From assembly GCA_040954595.2 (NCBI GenBank), contig CM082593.2:7786043-7850042 (forward strand): a stretch of DNA of 64,000 nucleotides, read 5' to 3'. This document shows, in pieces, positions 12,301 to 27,300 of this stretch; positions within the stretch are counted from its first letter, which is position 1; each line of letters begins with the position of its first letter. The translations under genes were made by a program, and so were the position numbers. Under the pieces are notes generated by a model. The model saw only the letters and a list, made by a program, of their open reading frames with translations, did no database searches and had not been told where the DNA came from. This DNA comes from Balanoglossus misakiensis. Its lineage: Eukaryota; Animalia; Hemichordata.

Positions 12301-15300
12301 GGATCTGCTCGGCAACTACAACCAATCCAAACCTAGCACTGGCTACTGAATCCAACTGTGCCACATTGATGCCAGGATGCTCTTGATCGTGCTCGTGGAT
12401 TGCAGGGTCCAATCTCTCAGTGGCACCTCTCACCAAGGCCAGTTTAGCATCAGCTCCAGTCTGGATCAAGCGATTGTGGTGGGAATCCTACAGTGAATTA
12501 AAGACAGTTCAGGCCTATCATTTGAGAAATATTGTATTTTTGAATTTTGGTAGTAGTCAATATGGATGCATATCTCAAGAGGAAATTAAACTCCCCTACA
12601 CATAAAGAGGCAAACCATTACACAGGTACCAATAAATATGCAGTTATCATACAGAAATTATGTATGAGGTAATTATACCAGGTTTTCTTTCTTTCACTAC
12701 GATTAATTTTCAGTCAGACCAACACATGACTTAGTTCTACACTGCCATTTGCTGAATCGATATAATTCTACTTATCGTTAATAAGTTTTACAAAAATCTA
12801 CTCCCAGTATCTAGATTAAATAATAAGAGAGACAACTCACCTCAATGCACTGTATGCAAAGCAAGCACAGTTCAAGTACTTCCGCATCTGTCCTCATAAA
12901 GGTACGTGCTTCAGCAAAGTAGAGCTCAAGATGTTCAAAGACCTGTTCAATGCTAGTAAAAAGAAATAAAACACTTTGTTACCTTGCCTTATAGAATTGT
13001 CAATCATGAAGTACTAAGCAGTGAAAATTAACATCAGTCCTGTGGTGTGGTGTGGACTGAGACTGACTATTTTCATGGAAAATAGTAACCTGGCCATTCA
13101 CTTGGCCAAATACGTCACAGAATGCATGAATTTACGGCAAGAATTTTATAAGTCACAGTGATTGGTTATTCTTTCAAAATTTCACAATCTATGTATCTTC
13201 TATTTCTCACTCTTTCAGTTTTCAGAGTATTTGAATTTATTTATGTACCAGGGTATATTGTATTTTTTTAGACTTTGTATAACCCTTTTCACCCCAGCCA
13301 CGGGATGATGTGTGTTAAGTAAGTATATATAGATGTCAAACCAAGAGATTGGCCATGCAGGTGGTCCTTTTGACTGACGGTGACCCAAAATACACAATGT
13401 ATGCTGGACTAATCGATACTGTACTATTCTCGCAACCAATTGGTACGCATGCTTTTGGTTTTGCTATTTCTGCTGTCTGGGATTTCCTTGCACACACTAC
13501 TGTAACATGTTTAAGTATCATAACAAACAAGTGACCTGCTCAGGGCAATTTTCAGTACATTGTATTTTTGAACAGTGTATACAATTGGTCAATTGCTCAT
13601 GGCTTTTCAAAATTTCAACCTGTGAAATTAATCAAAATATCAAAAATATGTGCCAATTGGCACCATACTGCTTGAAGCTTTCATAATTTCTTTTACATTG
13701 CAGTACAATTACAGTTAATCTCTTGTATCAGATGTACAGCTTTACAGTTTCATTTGTAACAAATATGTCTCTCATGCATTGCGTGATTCTGATGGCATTT
13801 GAGTATTTTCCCTTCCAAAATATGTGGAGATTATAACTAGAAGGCTGTGAGTCACCTAAGAAAAGCTGCGGTAATGAACAGAGTACAACCAAAATGGGAG
13901 AAACAGAAAAAATAGCAAAACTAAATGCAAGTTAACCAATTGGTTACTGACTTATGTTTTTGTAACTTCTATATTTATTTTGCTTGACAGGTTTTAGGGC
14001 TGGTAGGTAAACATTACAACATGCTGGTTATCAAAATCCCTTGGTCTGATGAAACAACCTACTGTTCATTTATAATTTCATGTATTCTCCATTTGTCAAT
14101 GGTAGAAGTGTTCTCACGGTCGTCATCTCACCTGGACCTCAGCAGCAGCTGTAACAAAAACGATCTGACAACTGGGTTTGGATCAATGCAGTCTTCTTGG
14201 AATGGTGTGAATCCTCTGGTTTGCTGTTCTTTCTTTTCGGAATGTCTGATCACATAGCCCATCAGCATTGTAATCAGTTCCGGTTCTGGCGGCTCTCCTT
14301 CTGCAAAGCAGTATCTGGATACGAGCTCCATGAAGAAGGTATTGCAATGCTGACGGAAAACATTGTGAGCGTCGATTGCTTCTCTGGAAGATGGAAACAT
14401 GATGTTGTCATTTACAAAAGAGAATGTATGACAGACACAGAGAAAAAACAGATATGAGCTCAGTGGCTGAATATACTAAATGTGCTTATAGTTTGATAAA
14501 AACTGAAATTTGCAAATAAATTAATTATCATCATATTCAACGTTCTTTCAACGCAACTGACCTCTATTATCCATTGCTATTTTTTCGAAATATTAATTAA
14601 ACAGTAACCCCTTGCCGAGATACCATGAGATATAGCACAATTAACAACATGCACAAGCCACTATAGGCAAGTGCATACCGGTATATGGTGTGAATTGTGC
14701 TATATCAAGTGGTATACATGTACCCACTCTCTGCAGAGGGTTATTGCTATGATATCAACTTCATTTGGTTACTTTGTAGACATTAAAATTAATAATAACC
14801 TGGGCCAAATTCAAATAAAGGTGTTTCCTCTTTACAGTGGTTAAATGAAATGGACCCCATTACAAGCATTTTAACCCTCTCTAGAAATATTCACACACTC
14901 CAAATATTCATATTACATTCATTATCAAACAAATGTTATTTTTAAGGAGACAGAAATGTTTTTCGTTGATATCTGAATCTTGCCTTCCCTGGTTGTTTGA
15001 TTACGCATTCAACTACTCATATTCTGGGTAACAGTGAATTATGCTCTATGTAAACACAGCTTGCATAAATTAAAACAGGGTCTCAACCAATCACAATGAT
15101 GTATTTGTGGCCATGTTACACTGACAAAAAATATAATCTTTAGTAAATTTCATAAAATATGTTCAATAACCCCCTGATAAGTATGTATAACTATAATCAT
15201 TTGGATCATGTCACCAGAGGATTGTACAACATTGTACTGTATGTACACTTACCTAGACCTTTGTGAACTTTGAACTATAAATTCATCATGAACTACAGTT

Positions 15301-18300
15301 TTGCATTTTGGACATGATCTGTGTTGTAAATGTTTAAACGACTGCTTGATGCAGTCAAGGCAGAACACGTGTTCACATGGCAACGCCACTGGTTCTTTGA
15401 TGGCTTCTCGACACACCTCGCATTCATAGACACCAAATCTAGAAAAAACACATCACCATTCTTATATACGTGTGAAAAACTTTGTGGCTTAAATGTTAAT
15501 ATAATTCAATAATGAAACATGACTCATTTAATGAGTTTCCACTGTAATTCAACAGATTACAAAACAATGCAGTCATGTTGTTTGAGTAAGTGTTCTGCTG
15601 ACGTTTTATTACATGATGTTCTGTCCCACTGCGAAATCTAAAGGCATCAATTGACTATCCTTAATAATAAAGAATCTATTTCACTTTAATTTTGAACAAT
15701 CATTTCTGTGACTAACAGATATAAAGCCAGGTGTGTGTGTTCCCTTTACCCCAAGGGGGATGAGCAAATTTCTTTACAGATGCAGTGCAGTTCTCAGGTA
15801 TTAGTAACAAACAAAAAGATCACTAGCCAACCTTCAGCTCAACTAGTAGCCCACCATGCAGATTGATGTCAGTGTTTAATTCGCTAGTCTGACGGACTAT
15901 TAGCAAAAACACTACTAACCAGGTCATAAAAACTGTTAGTCCTTGACAGACTAGAAGCTTTGTTTACCCCTGCCTCTACAACACTACATATTTTGTGGTA
16001 CGTACGTTCAGTGTACTGAGTGCAGTACTTACTTGAAGTGTTGTCTACTTGCAGTTTCATTGCAGCTCTTTAAGACTTTTTCAATGACTCTCATTGACTT
16101 TACTCTTTTCAAATTAACATCTTCACCAAGAGCCTGAAACAAAATCTCAGTAAGTGTCAGAGTAGTGTTACTTTAATACGTCAAACCAAACACAGTAAAA
16201 TATTTCTAAACCAAACCCTTGCTAATCTGGAAACCTGTCTATACCGAACACATTTTCCTGTCCCTTTGACACAAAACCACATATTAAAAGAACCTCTATA
16301 AACCAGGCACCTCTCTGCAAACTAAACAAATTCTTCAGTCCCTTTGGTATTCGGTTTAGACAGGTTTTACTGTATACCAGTAGTACTACCGGTAGTACAA
16401 TCAGATTACAATTAAGTCTTTATTATCACTTAATCTTACATGTTGAGAAATATCTTCATCAATGACAACCTGTATACGCTAGAACTACACATGTACATAT
16501 TATGGTGTTGGACATACTGTAGTCAATTTTCCATTTTAAAGTCAAATTTAAGATTACAAAGAAAAACATGCATCGAATACTTATACCAGCTGTTATTACT
16601 TCGTAACTGAATTCTGGTTTAAAGTACAATACACACCTCATACAGATTTCTGGTAGTCAAGTCCTCCAAATAAACCTTACAATTCTTTGATATACATGAG
16701 TGCAGAGAATAAATGAGGGTGTTCACTATCTTGTTGTCATAAAAATCTTTCCAAAGTGTTAACACAAAGTTTGGCAGCCTTTCAAATTTGAGACAATTTT
16801 GCTCTCTGTTTCAAATTTTACTCATTGATTTCTCATTTTTATTCTCAGTTTTAAGAGAAAATTATCTAACGTTGTCATTAATAAAAAAAATAAAAAGTTC
16901 AAGACTTTCAATTTCCAAGCAAATATAATCTTGTGATCAATAAATATGAAAATGATCAGATGATGACCCAGATACTCACAAGGCTCAGTTGATTAATCTT
17001 CTTGATAATCTCCTCACCAACTTTAGTGTCTGGGGGACATACATGGTCAACAAACAGCTTCAATACACATATACGTATCCATAGCGGTCTACAGCAAAAC
17101 AAACATGAGGAAAAAGTTCATTTAACCCTTTCACCACCATGGTCCAATCCAAATCCATTGCTTTCTATGGTAAGGTTGGACCTCTATAGCGGTAACTGGG
17201 GGTGAAAGGGCTAAGATTGAGATCTGACAAGACTTTCTTTACACAGAACCTTGGCCTACTCAAGATTTGCGTATTGTTATTGTCGGTGCATTACATTTTG
17301 TGCATGTACCGATAAGAGAGTTAAAAACAAAAGCAAAACTTTATGGAACATATATAAAACAAATTCAATTTTCACACACCACAATATACTGAAGTACTCT
17401 AGTTGATGCAGTATAGGGTACCATGGAATAACCAGTAACAGCTTTATTTAGCACTCAGATATTACTTTGCCACAGCTGAAAAATACTCCCACACTGCTGA
17501 TGAGTGACTACTCCTCACCTACACTGCTGGATGTAAATTCTACTTTTGTCACCATACACTTTTCCATCTGTATCCTGCTTCTCAGAATCTAGAATCCTTT
17601 CAACTATTGGCCTGGCATCTTGTACTCTCTTCAGCCACATCACCCTATCATTGACGTCATTCAACTGGTCTCTTTGGGGTGTTAGAGTTTCCAGGAGAGC
17701 CCTGAGAGCCTTGGCATCCAAGACCTACATGTATGGTATATGAAATGAGAGAGTTGTATCGAGTCAGATTCTTGTATGTGGTGAGTGACATTACTACAAT
17801 GAAGCCTAAAATTTGGCAGAAAAGCAACACAAAAATTTTAGGACAGTTTTTTTCAGTGATGGTTATGAAGCCTGCTACGCCATCACTATTTTCATTAACC
17901 TTGAACATTGCTGAAAAAAGTGTCCTGTGAATATTCCTGGTTTAAGTGAGGTAAGGGTGAAAATCAATGCACTCTAGAAATTATCATACATGTACAAAAT
18001 GCATAATTATATAATAATGTCTGCTTGCTATTAGCAAAGTCATACACCAAGCACCTTTCTTGGGTAATTTTTTCCTTTAATAGAATTAAAATGACACTTG
18101 CCATTTCCTGTTCTTCCTCAGCTACTCGGACCTTCACATGTAGAGGCAACAGTCTGACAATTTGTGAGTAGCCGTCTAGGCGTCCGTGTATACGGTGGTA
18201 CAATACATGAATACTGGGAATGTCTAAGGTGAATTCAGCAGGATCATAGTCCTCTGCAATATGTTCTTCCAGGGCTGCTGTCTCTATAGCTCGACAGACA

Positions 18301-21300
18301 ACCTACAAGAATTACATTTTGAAATTCTCATACTCCTGGAGGCTGGGAGCTAATCGAGTCCACACTACAAACAACTAATACTGGCAGTTCCCTTACCTGT
18401 TGATAAGGAACGGAAGTTCATACAACGCGTCGCCAGGCAAATTAGTGACAGTATGTTTCTGTACACATATGAATATTTACAAGTAAGTTGTCGCGTGAGA
18501 AATAGAATCTCACACACCAAGGACCTGGGATCAGATTTCTCATACTTATTGGGGATATTTTGTTGAGACAAATTCATGTGAGAAGTCTGAACCGAAGTCC
18601 TCAGTAATTTGAGATTCTATTAATTAATAGTCATGCAGTGACCACAAAGCAGCCACTCAGCAGCTTCCTGACCAATATGTGCATGTTAATAATAGTCACG
18701 CATCAAACATGAAGTGGTCGCGTAGCAGCTTCTTGACCAATATAAATGTGCAGGTTGCATATTGCTATAGTTTTCCTATGGTGAAAAATCTGAACAGTTC
18801 TATCAAAAACTAAAGCGCGGTGTCATATAGCGTTTTCTTTATATCATTTAATAATACTTTTCTTTTGGCACTTTTGTGAAAATTTCAAGAAAATTACAAT
18901 ATTGTAACATTGTTTTCTGCACATTTATATATAAGGCTATGGCTTATACCTTGGTGTGACAGAGCTCAGAATTACATCATGTTTATACGGCTGTTTATTG
19001 CGAGTGATTGTCGTGCTGCATGTATCATGTGCGATAAAGGGTCCTTTTGCACTCTCAGAATCGTCTTTGTGACCTAGTCACTTGACAGCATAACAACATA
19101 GTTCCAAATTTTATTACAACAATAGTTTAACTTGAATAATTCAAATCAGTGGATCTATGATATCACACTAGTTCAGAATATTGGAAGATTCCCCATATAC
19201 AGTCTGTAATATACTGGATACACCCGTATTTTTGATGTAATTTTTTTAATCTTTAAAAGTCACTTGTTTATTACCTGATGCTCTTCTTCATCACATGCTC
19301 TATACACCATTCTCACAAAGTCACTCAGGTAGCGACGCATGAAATCATCTAAATCTTGCGGTTCCATCTGGCTTAGCAGGGTCCGGGAAAGTTCCGACTC
19401 ATCAACCAGTTTTTCCAATGTCATCCTGACAGACTGTCTGGTGGAAGCTACGGAAAAAGAAGCAGGGAGGTTCAAATCTGAATAAGGGGAGTGGGTTAAA
19501 CCCCGGTGCGGAAAGACCGGGGATTCGGATTAACGTGTGTTTGTATAGTTGTTTATTTGGGAGTGGTCGTCGTGCATAATGACTGTGTAATCGATCTCAT
19601 GTACATAGAAAATAATTGAACACTTTACACTTCCACGCGATTGACAACTGTTTGAATGGTGTGGTTAATATTGTTTCCCAGGGACGCTTCTGAAAAGCAC
19701 TGAAACCAGATTTCTCCCAAAATCATCGTTGTTTCAAAAGCTCGTGTACTTTTTCATCAATAACTTTATGTTGTGTGTGTTTATAAAGCCAACTACTGTC
19801 GTTGTGTGGTGTAATTCTTTATGCTTGGACCTGTTTGGGCCGATTTTCATAGAGCCAAGATCGTTGGTGTTGTCTGTTGTCAGTCAAACGGCATTAAGAT
19901 TCGCCACTGATTTGGGGGGTCTTTTATACCCCGCACCGGGGTTTAAGCTCTGTTTTAATTATTGTCTATTAATAATGTCTTGGATTTGGTTGAATGAAAT
20001 TTTAATGATTTCCAATGCAGTGTGGATACACCACTACCTTTATAAATGAATATGTTTCAATTGACTTTTACATGGAATATGGATTTCTATTTTTTTTTTG
20101 GGGGGGGGGGGGGCTATAGAACTACTGTAAATGTCCAGTATCTTTTTGCAAGGGTAACTGTATATGAAAGTTCAAAGCATTAATTCTTTACAGATTTTTG
20201 CGTTAGCACTTCCAAACTTTTATTTTTAAGGGTAGGGATCTACCTAGGTTGAATCCATAGCTTCTAATGCGAACAAACCTTGTCTTCAAAGTTTTTGTAT
20301 CATACGTGACATAACTGCTTCACATATTTAAAGTGGAACGACACCCACAATTTTGGGCTTCAAAGTACAAACCGGGTGTCAAAAACGGCAACGTTCCGAT
20401 GGGTTAATTCACTTTCACTTCCTGCGCAAGCAGAAGACGCACGTTGAAAATACTACAGTGACGTCAGCAACTTACACGTTCGACGTGTCATTTCCAATAA
20501 ACAGACACATTTTGTGCGGATCTGACATGGCGAAATGTCAAGTTCATGATTTTAAAAACATATTCGGAAAATCGACGGGGATAAGTTTCTTTCAAAGGCA
20601 ATGCTCTACGTGTATTGTATTTGTCGATGCGTGCAGACATAGACCCTGCAATGTCCACGATGCCATGCATGTCGACGTTTATGAACAAACCGTAAGGCCT
20701 ATACAAAGTTGTTCTAACTGCCGCTGATAATAATAAACGTACCGTTTTAAATCCTTCCTGCACGTTTTTTGGTACACGTATTTGGGTTTAATTTCCATTT
20801 ATTGACGATCGCATAGTTATCAAATGAAAGCAACTAAAAAGGGCAGTTTTAATACATTTCAAGAGACGAAACGTGCATACAATAACTATAGTATTGGCTT
20901 CCATTATACTATGGACGTACTACACCTGGAGAGCAGGACGATGCACCTACGTTCTTTTCAACTCCATAAAAGGTGACAAAGTATTTTTGTAAGAAAAGTG
21001 GTTCCATAAAAGGTGACAACGAGGGAGAGACAACAAGGGAGGGTATTGTTAACAGCATTGTCTGTTTCACCATAGACCCTAGGGTCTATGGTTTCACTGA
21101 AACCACACCAAGTGTAAGCCTTGACAAACGGGACACATCGGAGATCAGAACTGCATGAACTTTTGTCCTCTGTAAAATTCAGTCGCTTGGTCGTAGAAGG
21201 GAATCTCTGGTTCAAAATTGTAGCCTACTACCCGAGAATATGTTGCCATGCAAACGTCGTCGGTCGCGTGAGTGCAGGCGTGTATAACATGTACATGTAT

Positions 21301-24300
21301 AAGCATAAGCTCGCTCCAACACGTCGGCAGCGGACAACGGTACCACAAGTTGCTGACGTCACTCACTTCCGGGTTCGCGCGGTTTTTGGCTGGCTGTAGC
21401 TCTGTTATGCGTAAGTGAAAGTGAATGAAACCAACGTTTTTCATAGTACTTTTTAATCGCATTTCGCAGAATCGGCTCAAAAACGGATCACAACGTTCCA
21501 CTTTAAAAAATAGCGTCAAGGACACTGTGGTCTCATTTGAGGATTATGCGGAAACAGTGACACACCAGAATAAAAATTACAGGTGACATTGCAAGCAGAT
21601 ATGATCTTACCATATAGATATATGGAATGTAAACAAAATTAACAAGGAACATGCCCAATAAACTGTCATGTGTCATGGCAGTCTTACAAGTGGTGCTAGA
21701 AAAAAAATTGACCAAAAATTGTCTGTACAAACACATATGAGAAGCAACTTCTTTCAGTCAGCCCTGGAACAGACACACAGACAGACAGACAGACACACAC
21801 TGACCTGCCACTGGTAATTACAAATTTAATAGCTGGTGGTCTCTATAACAGCTGGCCTATTAAAGTTATGTAAACATGTCTTAGTTCGGGGTAACAACTC
21901 CTTGTAACTAGTAACTTTAAAAACAACTGGACAATTGGTTTCGGAGATTTGCTAACCAAAAACAAAGAAAGAAACTTATAAAAAAAACTCGCTAAATATT
22001 GAATATTTCTGATATCAGAATTGGATAAAAGTTGCAATCTGGCATGCGGTTTTAAAGAAAAAAAAAATTTGACCAAAAATGGCAAATATTGCTCAAAATT
22101 ATAAATATGCAAATTTTGCAACAATTTAAACAAAACTATGGTTACTCAGACAACCATTAGGAAGCTTCATACTAAATTTCAAAGAAGTAAGCCCATCACT
22201 GTCAGAAATGAAGACTTTTTACCAATAACATGGAAAAATACAAAAAATGCATAAAAAATGGGAAATCGATAATATTAGCTCAAAACATACAGGACTGTAT
22301 GAGGTTGACATAAGGTACATGCAAGCCAATTGTCAAATCAATATGACCAGTGGTTGTCGAGTTTTTGAGTTTTGACCAATTTCACATATTCCCAGCTAAT
22401 TTGCATATTTTTGGCAATGACAACTTCATTTGAACAAACTCCCATCTACAGCCCTTCCTGCATCTACACACCAAATATCGAGGTCATACGCGCTGCGGTT
22501 TTCAAGTTTTTGATGTGGACGGACATACAGACATACAGACATACATGTACATCCATACATACAGACGCAACCGATCAAATAAGGTCCCATTGTACATACC
22601 AATGGGACCTAAAACAAGTGACCTATTGGTCAAAAGAGCTCTGCTGACTTTAACAGTGTAACCTGGGCAATGATATGAATACAGAATACCATAGGTTTTA
22701 ATTTATAACAATTGTATTCTATTAAACAAAACCAAACATAGACATCAATATAGCTGCCAAGCAGCAATAGCGGGCACAAGCCAACATTGCACATAGCACA
22801 TAGCGGTAATCATTACAGGTGTGTGCTTATTCTTACCAAATATAAAGTCAGCAGACTTTTAATTTATGTAGTATTTCGCATTTCCGTCATATTTACATCA
22901 AAGGTCATGTGAGGTCACCAGAAATTTGGGTAATAATTTTGACCCTATACTGGTCCATGTCCCACAAGAACGAAACCTCAACCCCTATTAGTTAGCCTGG
23001 AATTAGGTATGCACATAATTAATGAGTTAAGTAGGTGTCACAGGTGACCTTTAAATTTGGTTTCTTATTTTGGTCCCATCCGTTCTGTACCTACTCTGGG
23101 TGCCGAGTTATGCAGAAGAATGTCAAAGGTCACCAAAATTTGGGCAAGAAATTTTGACCCTATACTTATCCAGGTCCAACAAAAACCAGACCTCTAGCCT
23201 GATTGGTTCGCCAAGAATTAGGTATGCACATAATTGATGAGGTAAAGTGTAAGACTCCATTAGGAGTTCCATCCCTCCAAATACCAAGGCTGTACCTGCT
23301 CTGGATACCGAGATATGGTAAAGTGGGTCAAAGGTCACCTAAGGTCACCCAAAATTTGGGCAAGAAATTTTGACCCTTTACTAATCCAGGTCCAACAAAA
23401 ACCAGACCTCTAGCCTTATTGGTTCGCCTAGAATTAGGTATGCACATAATTAATGAGGTAAAGTGTAAGACTCCATTAGGAGTTCCATCCTTCCAAATAC
23501 CAAGGCTGTACCTGCTCTGGATACAGAGATATGGTAAAGTAGGTCAAAGGTCACCTAAGGTCACCAAAAATTTGGGCAAGAAATTTTGACCCCATACTTG
23601 TCCATGTTCAACAAAAACAAAACCTATAGCCCTATTGGTTAGCCTAGAATTAGGTATGTGCATAATTAATGAGATATGCAGGTGTCACAGGTGACCCCCA
23701 TTTCGGCTTTTAAATTTTAGCCCCAACCCTCAAAACGCCAAGTCTGTACCTGCTCTGTATGCCGAGATATAGGAAAGTAGGTCAAAGGTCATCTGAGGTC
23801 ACCCAAAATTTGGGCAAATTTTTTTGACCCCATAAAATTCTATTTTTAGATCTAATTTGCATATTGATGACCCCATCAAATCCAAATTAACAAAATCAGG
23901 TAGGGACACCATAACATACATTCCTACCAAATTTCAGCTCCATCGTACATGTAGTTAGGAAGAAGATTTTTTACCAAAAAATCTATTTTTAGATCTTATT
24001 TGCATATTTATGACCCCATCAAATCCAAATTAACAAAATCAGGTAGGGACACCATAACACACATTCCTACCAAATTTCAGCTCTATCGTACATGTAGTTA
24101 TGGAGAAAAATATTTTTTACCAAAAATTCTATTTTTAGATCTAATTTGCATATTAATGACCCCATCAAATCCAAATTTACAAAATCAGGTAGGGGCCCCA
24201 TAACACACATTCCTACCAAATTTCAGCTCCATTGTACATGTAGTTGTGGAGAAGAAGATTTTTACAAAAAATTCTATTTTTAGATCTAATTTGCATATTA

Positions 24301-27300
24301 ATGACCCCACCAAGTCCAAATTTACAAAATCAGGTAGGGGCCCCATAACACACATTCCTACCAAATTTCAGCTAAATATGCCAAGTTGTTTTAAAGAAGA
24401 AGATTGAAATACCAAAAGTTGACGGACGACGGACGACAGACGACGGACGACAGACGACGGACGGACACTAATCAACCTACTGCTACAGCTCAGCTGACAC
24501 AAGTGACAGCCGAGCTAAAAAAGACAGTTATACCTTTCATACTCAATGCACTTTCCATTATGTCATTCACATAGTTTTTGATGACACTAGAGAATGGACA
24601 GAGGCACTTGAAGTGGCTGTTGTTGACACCAGTGGAGTTGACCGGAACAGCATCCCTTGGTGTATTCTTGACTGGAGACAGGAAGGATTCATATCTCAAC
24701 ACTGATAAGTTGGGGTTTCTGAGCAAGTCCAGCCACAGTCTGTACACCCAACTGTTAGGAGGCGAGTTTCTGATCAAGTCCAAGTTATCATTTCTGTCCG
24801 AGAAGGCAATAACTTCTGCCAGTAGTGGTGTCACAGTGCCAACCAGACTATGCCAAATGGCTCGCCTGTGAAAAGACATTGACAGTTAAATCTCAAGGTA
24901 GCTTAGGTGATAGTGACACTATCCACTTTGACTTTACTGAGAGAAACACACAGCTGTTACTGTAAAAATAAAAATGCCAGCACACCTGTTATAATCTAAA
25001 AATACATATACCGGTACATGCATGTATGTGAAGCACAAAATGAAACAGTTCTTAATTTGACTTGACTGAAAAATGTTCCATATTATGAAAAAAGAAATTT
25101 ACTTTATGGAAAAGGCTGATTTTAGATTGCTTTTAATACATTCTGTTTAGTTTTGTTGTCATCGTAGTATTCACATATATTTATTTCTGCGATGCTCATT
25201 TCTAATTTGACAGTCATGTAGCTTGACTCAAAATACAATCATGTAAACCATAGTACTGCCACCAACATGAGTATGGCCAATTATTCTGACATCGACAGCC
25301 ACTTGAGCCAGTCCACAATAAAGGATTATCAAAGTGGAAAAAGAAGGATGGTCATCTGATCTGTGCATGTATGACTTTTTGCACTGCACTGTTCTAACTG
25401 GTCAGACAGACCCTGCCAACCAATTCATGTTATATCAAATTAGTAACTTGGAAATGATAAAAAATAATTACTCATTGTTTGCCATTATATACAAGTGGCC
25501 ATACTATGGTCTACGTTGGGTCAAATACATTGTAGCAGTTGTACTTCATGCCTACACTTTGACTTGCTAGCAACTGTGTCCTATGAGACCCATACCTGCA
25601 ACTATGCAACTACAGACCAGAGGACCCCCACCCTTAAAAAAGTTTTCTTACTGTATCATGAAATCACCAAGTAACAAGTTTACCTGAATGTGCCATGTAC
25701 CTGAACCCATTCTCCAGTTACAGCTTCTCTGCTCAGCCAAGTGGAGGCCATGTCACCTGCCCTTTCATCCTTCTCTTTGAGTAGCTGACAGATGCGTTCT
25801 TTCAATACACTTACAAATGTTGTTGTATCTAGGAAAAACATGAACATAACAGACGGTACTTGTACTATTTTGACATACCAATGACATCATTGTAAGTAAT
25901 AAATCAGGCTAATTCATTCCAGTTCAGTGGCTGTGCTAATCATCACTTGATCCTAAACAAGGAATGCATGATTCAAAGTATTCACAGCAACTGGGCTCTG
26001 TCAGGGTGTGGTAGATGCTTACCAGGGAAAGTGTTGAAATTTTCAATAACAAAAAACAAACATAACAGAACTTCAGTTGTCATGATTAAGATCCAAGGAG
26101 TTTCTATTCCCATTCTCCTTCATTTAAGCTCCAACAGGTAGACCTGACATTGTCACATTTTATCCTAAACTGATGTGCGCCCACAAAGACATGAAAGTCT
26201 TGGCAACACTGTGTGCCAAGAATAGCAATGCCATGTCGAAATTTATAAATAGTACAGTGCTGAAAATGGTTTTATAGCACTCCTTTAGTACATGTATGTG
26301 CAGCAAGTTGGTTTATCAAATGACCTATGAGCTTGATGACCCATGATCAAGCACCAGCTGTGAATGTTTAACCCTTTCACCCCAGGTTCACTCTATGGAG
26401 GTCCAACTTTACAATAGAAAAGAGTGGAACAAACCATGATAGTGAAAGGGTTACGACTTACGCCTAAGTTCAAATAATTTCAGGAGCCCCCAAAATGTGA
26501 AACTGAAGCTAAATTGAAGGAATACAATCATGTGCATGAGTTAATGCAACCCCTGTACTTTACCCTGAGAGGAATCAGCCTGTTTGAACAACTCCAACAC
26601 AATTTCAATCCTCTCAGTAGATCTCTGCATCCTGTCCTCATCATCTTCCAGCATAGCAGTAGCAGCGTGAATACAGTTTTTCAGCAGAGCACTAGTGTTG
26701 AGAAGAGCAGCCCTGGTAGGTTTATCTTCCACTTGATTCACTCGTTCACAAACATCTGGACGGACATCAATCATCTCGTCCTTTCTGTCTGTTGTAATGT
26801 CACTCTCAAAGACAACACTGACTTTCTGGTCTTGTAGAGCAGTAATCTGTGGCAGGTTTTCATGTGGAGGTCGAAGTTCATCAATGTGAACAGACAGCCA
26901 TTTCCCACCTGGACACAAGTTAAAATTTTGATAAAACAATGGAGTTTGCCCTTAGGAGGTTGCTAAAATTTAAAAGCAATATTTCATTACTGACAATGAA
27001 TGAAAAAATGCTAAAACGTCATCATTGTTAATGGAACAGACAATTAAAAAGAATTTATGCCACTTCATATGAATTTGCATGCACCACAGCATAAATGAAT
27101 ATGTCATTGTAAAGTGACTGAAAATACAAATCGCATAATGTTATAATTATAAGTAACAAAGCCTAACAACCAGCAGAGTTTTTCTGAAGACTCCATCGTC
27201 AGTAAGTGAACTAGGAAGTGATAGAAGTAAGAATCACTGCACCGAACAAAGAACCCAGTCAGTCACATGCGCATTGATTAAATGAACAAACAATGGCAAC

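Noticed and set aside
20488-20763. 91-aa ORF conserved with 50921-51196
   Set aside because: Conservation is explained by recent duplication of the Kolobok-like element; it is antisense to the THAP-like stub.
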